Source: Haliotis rubra (lineage: Eukaryota). From it: 64,000 nt of DNA. The notes beneath the pieces were generated by a model. The model ran no database searches. It was given only the letters and a program-made list of their open reading frames with translations, and was not told the origin of the DNA. Position 1 is the first letter of the stretch; the number at the start of each line of letters is the position of its first letter. The translations under genes were made by a program, and so were the position numbers. Shown here piece after piece: positions 62,034 through 64,000 of the stretch. The stretch is taken from contig NW_025766636.1 of the NCBI RefSeq assembly GCF_003918875.1, positions 558,001 through 622,000 of the forward strand, written 5' to 3'.

Positions 62034-63300
62034 ATGGATGACAACCTCTATACCCTGATCTTGAACTTCTACACCAGCTGTGATAAGAAGTATCCCCAGC
62101 ACACCTATGATCTGGATCCTGACAGGCGTCTGAATGCTAAGTCTCATTTTTGGCAAACTGCAAAGCCATTTCGGGTAGAAAACTGAACTGTCTTTCATGG
62201 TGAAAAGGAAGTGCTGACCAAAAGCCGCCTACCCAGCATCCTTGAAAGCCATGACAACCCAGCTACACGTGTACACTTCGGCAGAGATAAAACCTTTGAC
62301 AAAATATCCTCGCGTTATTATTAGAAAGGCATGAAGAACGACGTGCAAGAGTATGTCAAGACGTGTCCGAAGTGCTTTGTCATCAATCCGAAAGTCAACA
62401 CAGAAGCACCACCACTCCACTCCATTCCTGTGCCTGCCAAATTCTGGTGCCTCATTGGAATCGACATCATCAGCCCTCTACAAGAGACAAGAAACGGCAA
62501 CAAGTACATCCTTGCGGTCACCGACCACTTTTCAAAATGGTCACAGGCAGCTGCTATCCCAGATAAAAGCCAGTTGCTCTGTTTCTTTTCCATATCATCT
62601 GTCGACTGGGTTGCATAGACACATTGATCAGTGATCAAGGACTTGAATACGTCAACAAAGTGATTGACTCACTCATGGACCATTTCCAGACAGATCATCG
62701 CATAACCTTGGCGTACCATCCTCAAACGGCCAGCGGGAACGTGACAGCAGGACGTCATAGGCGGCTGTGAGTAAACTCATCAATGACCAAGTTGATGATT
62801 GGGACCAATACATTCCTGATGTCTTGTTCGCATACCATACATCAGTCCATGCTTCGACGAAATGCACAACATTCGAGGTGCTGTACGGTCGCCCAGCCAA
62901 GCTACCGATTGACCTGAAACCGACCGAGGGGAACGACTACAGCACCTTCACCTAACACGGCATGCTCAGAAGTCCTGGAAACTATCCTTGATCTATGCAA
63001 AGGCATCTGTTCCACTATTTCCAATAATATCACTGATGCACAGGATCACCAGAAAGAAAACTACGATTGACAACACACCAGCAACAAGGAGACAGATGTT
63101 GGATCAACAGTGTATATCAAGAATAGTCGACGAGTCCAGAGGATGGGAGCCACACTGGATTGGACCATACTCCATCTTCGAGACCTTGACCAATGGTCGT
63201 GTGAAGCTACAGAACATGAAAACCTCAAAATGTACTCCAGTGACCTACCCACTAACAAAACCGCCGAAAGCCCCAGTGATTCTGTTGACAATCCGAAGCA
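62034..63300 (+). pseudogene. DDE integrase/transposase pseudogene
   Basis: HHCC finger (HDNP..HFGRDKT..CPKC), IGID, TDHFSKW, SDQG, NGQRER, WIGPY; several stops and frameshifts. Confidence 0.9.
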
Positions 63301-63549
63301 ATGAAAAAGACTCAGAGATAATCCGGAGTCAGGCGACAATACGGACCTTACTACCAAACGAATCATGTCAACCCCTTTGTTCAACCCTATCCCCAAAACA
63401 CTCGAAGGAATTTGGCTGCTGCATTAGGCCTGAACTCTTCAAAGGACATTTATTACGGACGATCAACGGACTTGACAGCACCCCGACGGACATACAGAAC
63501 CAAAGGCGACTGCTACTTCTGCTGCAGGGGCTAATCCCAATTTAAGCCC

Positions 63550-63796
63550 GGGTATAGTCTGGGACAGGGGTATAGTCTGGGACAGGGGTATAGTCTGGGA
63601 CAGGGGGATAGTCTGGGACAGGGGGTATACTCTGGGACAGGGGTACAGTCTGGGACAGGGGTATAGTCTGGGACAGGGGTACAGTCTGGGACAGGGGTAA
63701 AGTCTGGGACAGGGATACAGTCTGGGACAGGGGTACAGTCTGGGATGGGTATACTCTGGGACAGGGGTACAGTCTGGGACAGGGGTATACTCTGGC
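63550..63796. repeat. 18-bp subterminal tandem repeat (~13 copies)
   Basis: ggtatagtctgggacagg. Confidence 0.95.
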
Positions 63797-64000
63797 CTGT
63801 TATGCCAGGTTAAGGGTGAAGTATGATGCGTGTTACATGTGTATCACAATGGTACGAGTTGGTGCATACTATAACACAACACTTTGATGTGATGTATGTC
63901 TTGCCTGCCTCTTCAACCATTTGGTCAGCAACATTTTGCATTATTATTGCTGGCTATCAATACAGATGATAGAGATGGATGATCGTTAACTAAATATTGA

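Larger units (their letters stand above)
61116..63802 (+). mobile_element. Decayed Ginger/GIN-like DNA transposon (Gypsy-type integrase only)
   Basis: Integrase without RT/RNaseH/LTR; inverted caggcca.agtatacccct..cccagac motif near both ends; left end TGT. Confidence 0.65.

Noticed and set aside
62034-63300. Gypsy LTR retrotransposon or domesticated GIN1 gene
   Set aside because: No LTRs, gag, protease or RT nearby; many stops and frameshifts rule out an intact host gene

Overview
Intron-rich animal genomic DNA, probably a gastropod mollusc (an inference from the SINE types), with one assembly gap (32148-32300) and signs of single-base indel errors. Five genes were built by hand from splice signals. 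(1,2) A head-to-head pair of paralogues (minus 472-5232, incomplete; plus 7229-12950, about 595 aa) encoding RGG-box + TROVE-like + vWA(MIDAS) proteins that look like remote Ro60 relatives; they differ by one intron. (3) A SKA3-like kinetochore gene (minus 15395-26333, non-coding first exon and cell-cycle-type promoter near 27560). (4) A CUB/Sushi single-pass receptor with a very long acidic tail (plus 29889-40816). (5) A small-exon gene largely missed by the ORF track (plus, about 51634 to beyond 60511). Repeats include several tRNA-derived SINE families, MITEs, Penelope-like hammerhead-type fragments, an L2/CR1 fragment, a decayed Ginger-like integrase transposon and many minisatellites. Most striking: (a) tandem repeats whose unit is an exon end plus its 5' splice site, at four separate donors, two of them expanded to about 57 and about 23 copies inside SKA3; (b) a U12-type SKA3 intron whose geometry points to a non-canonical GT-AC end; (c) the duplicated RGG-TROVE-vWA gene pair.
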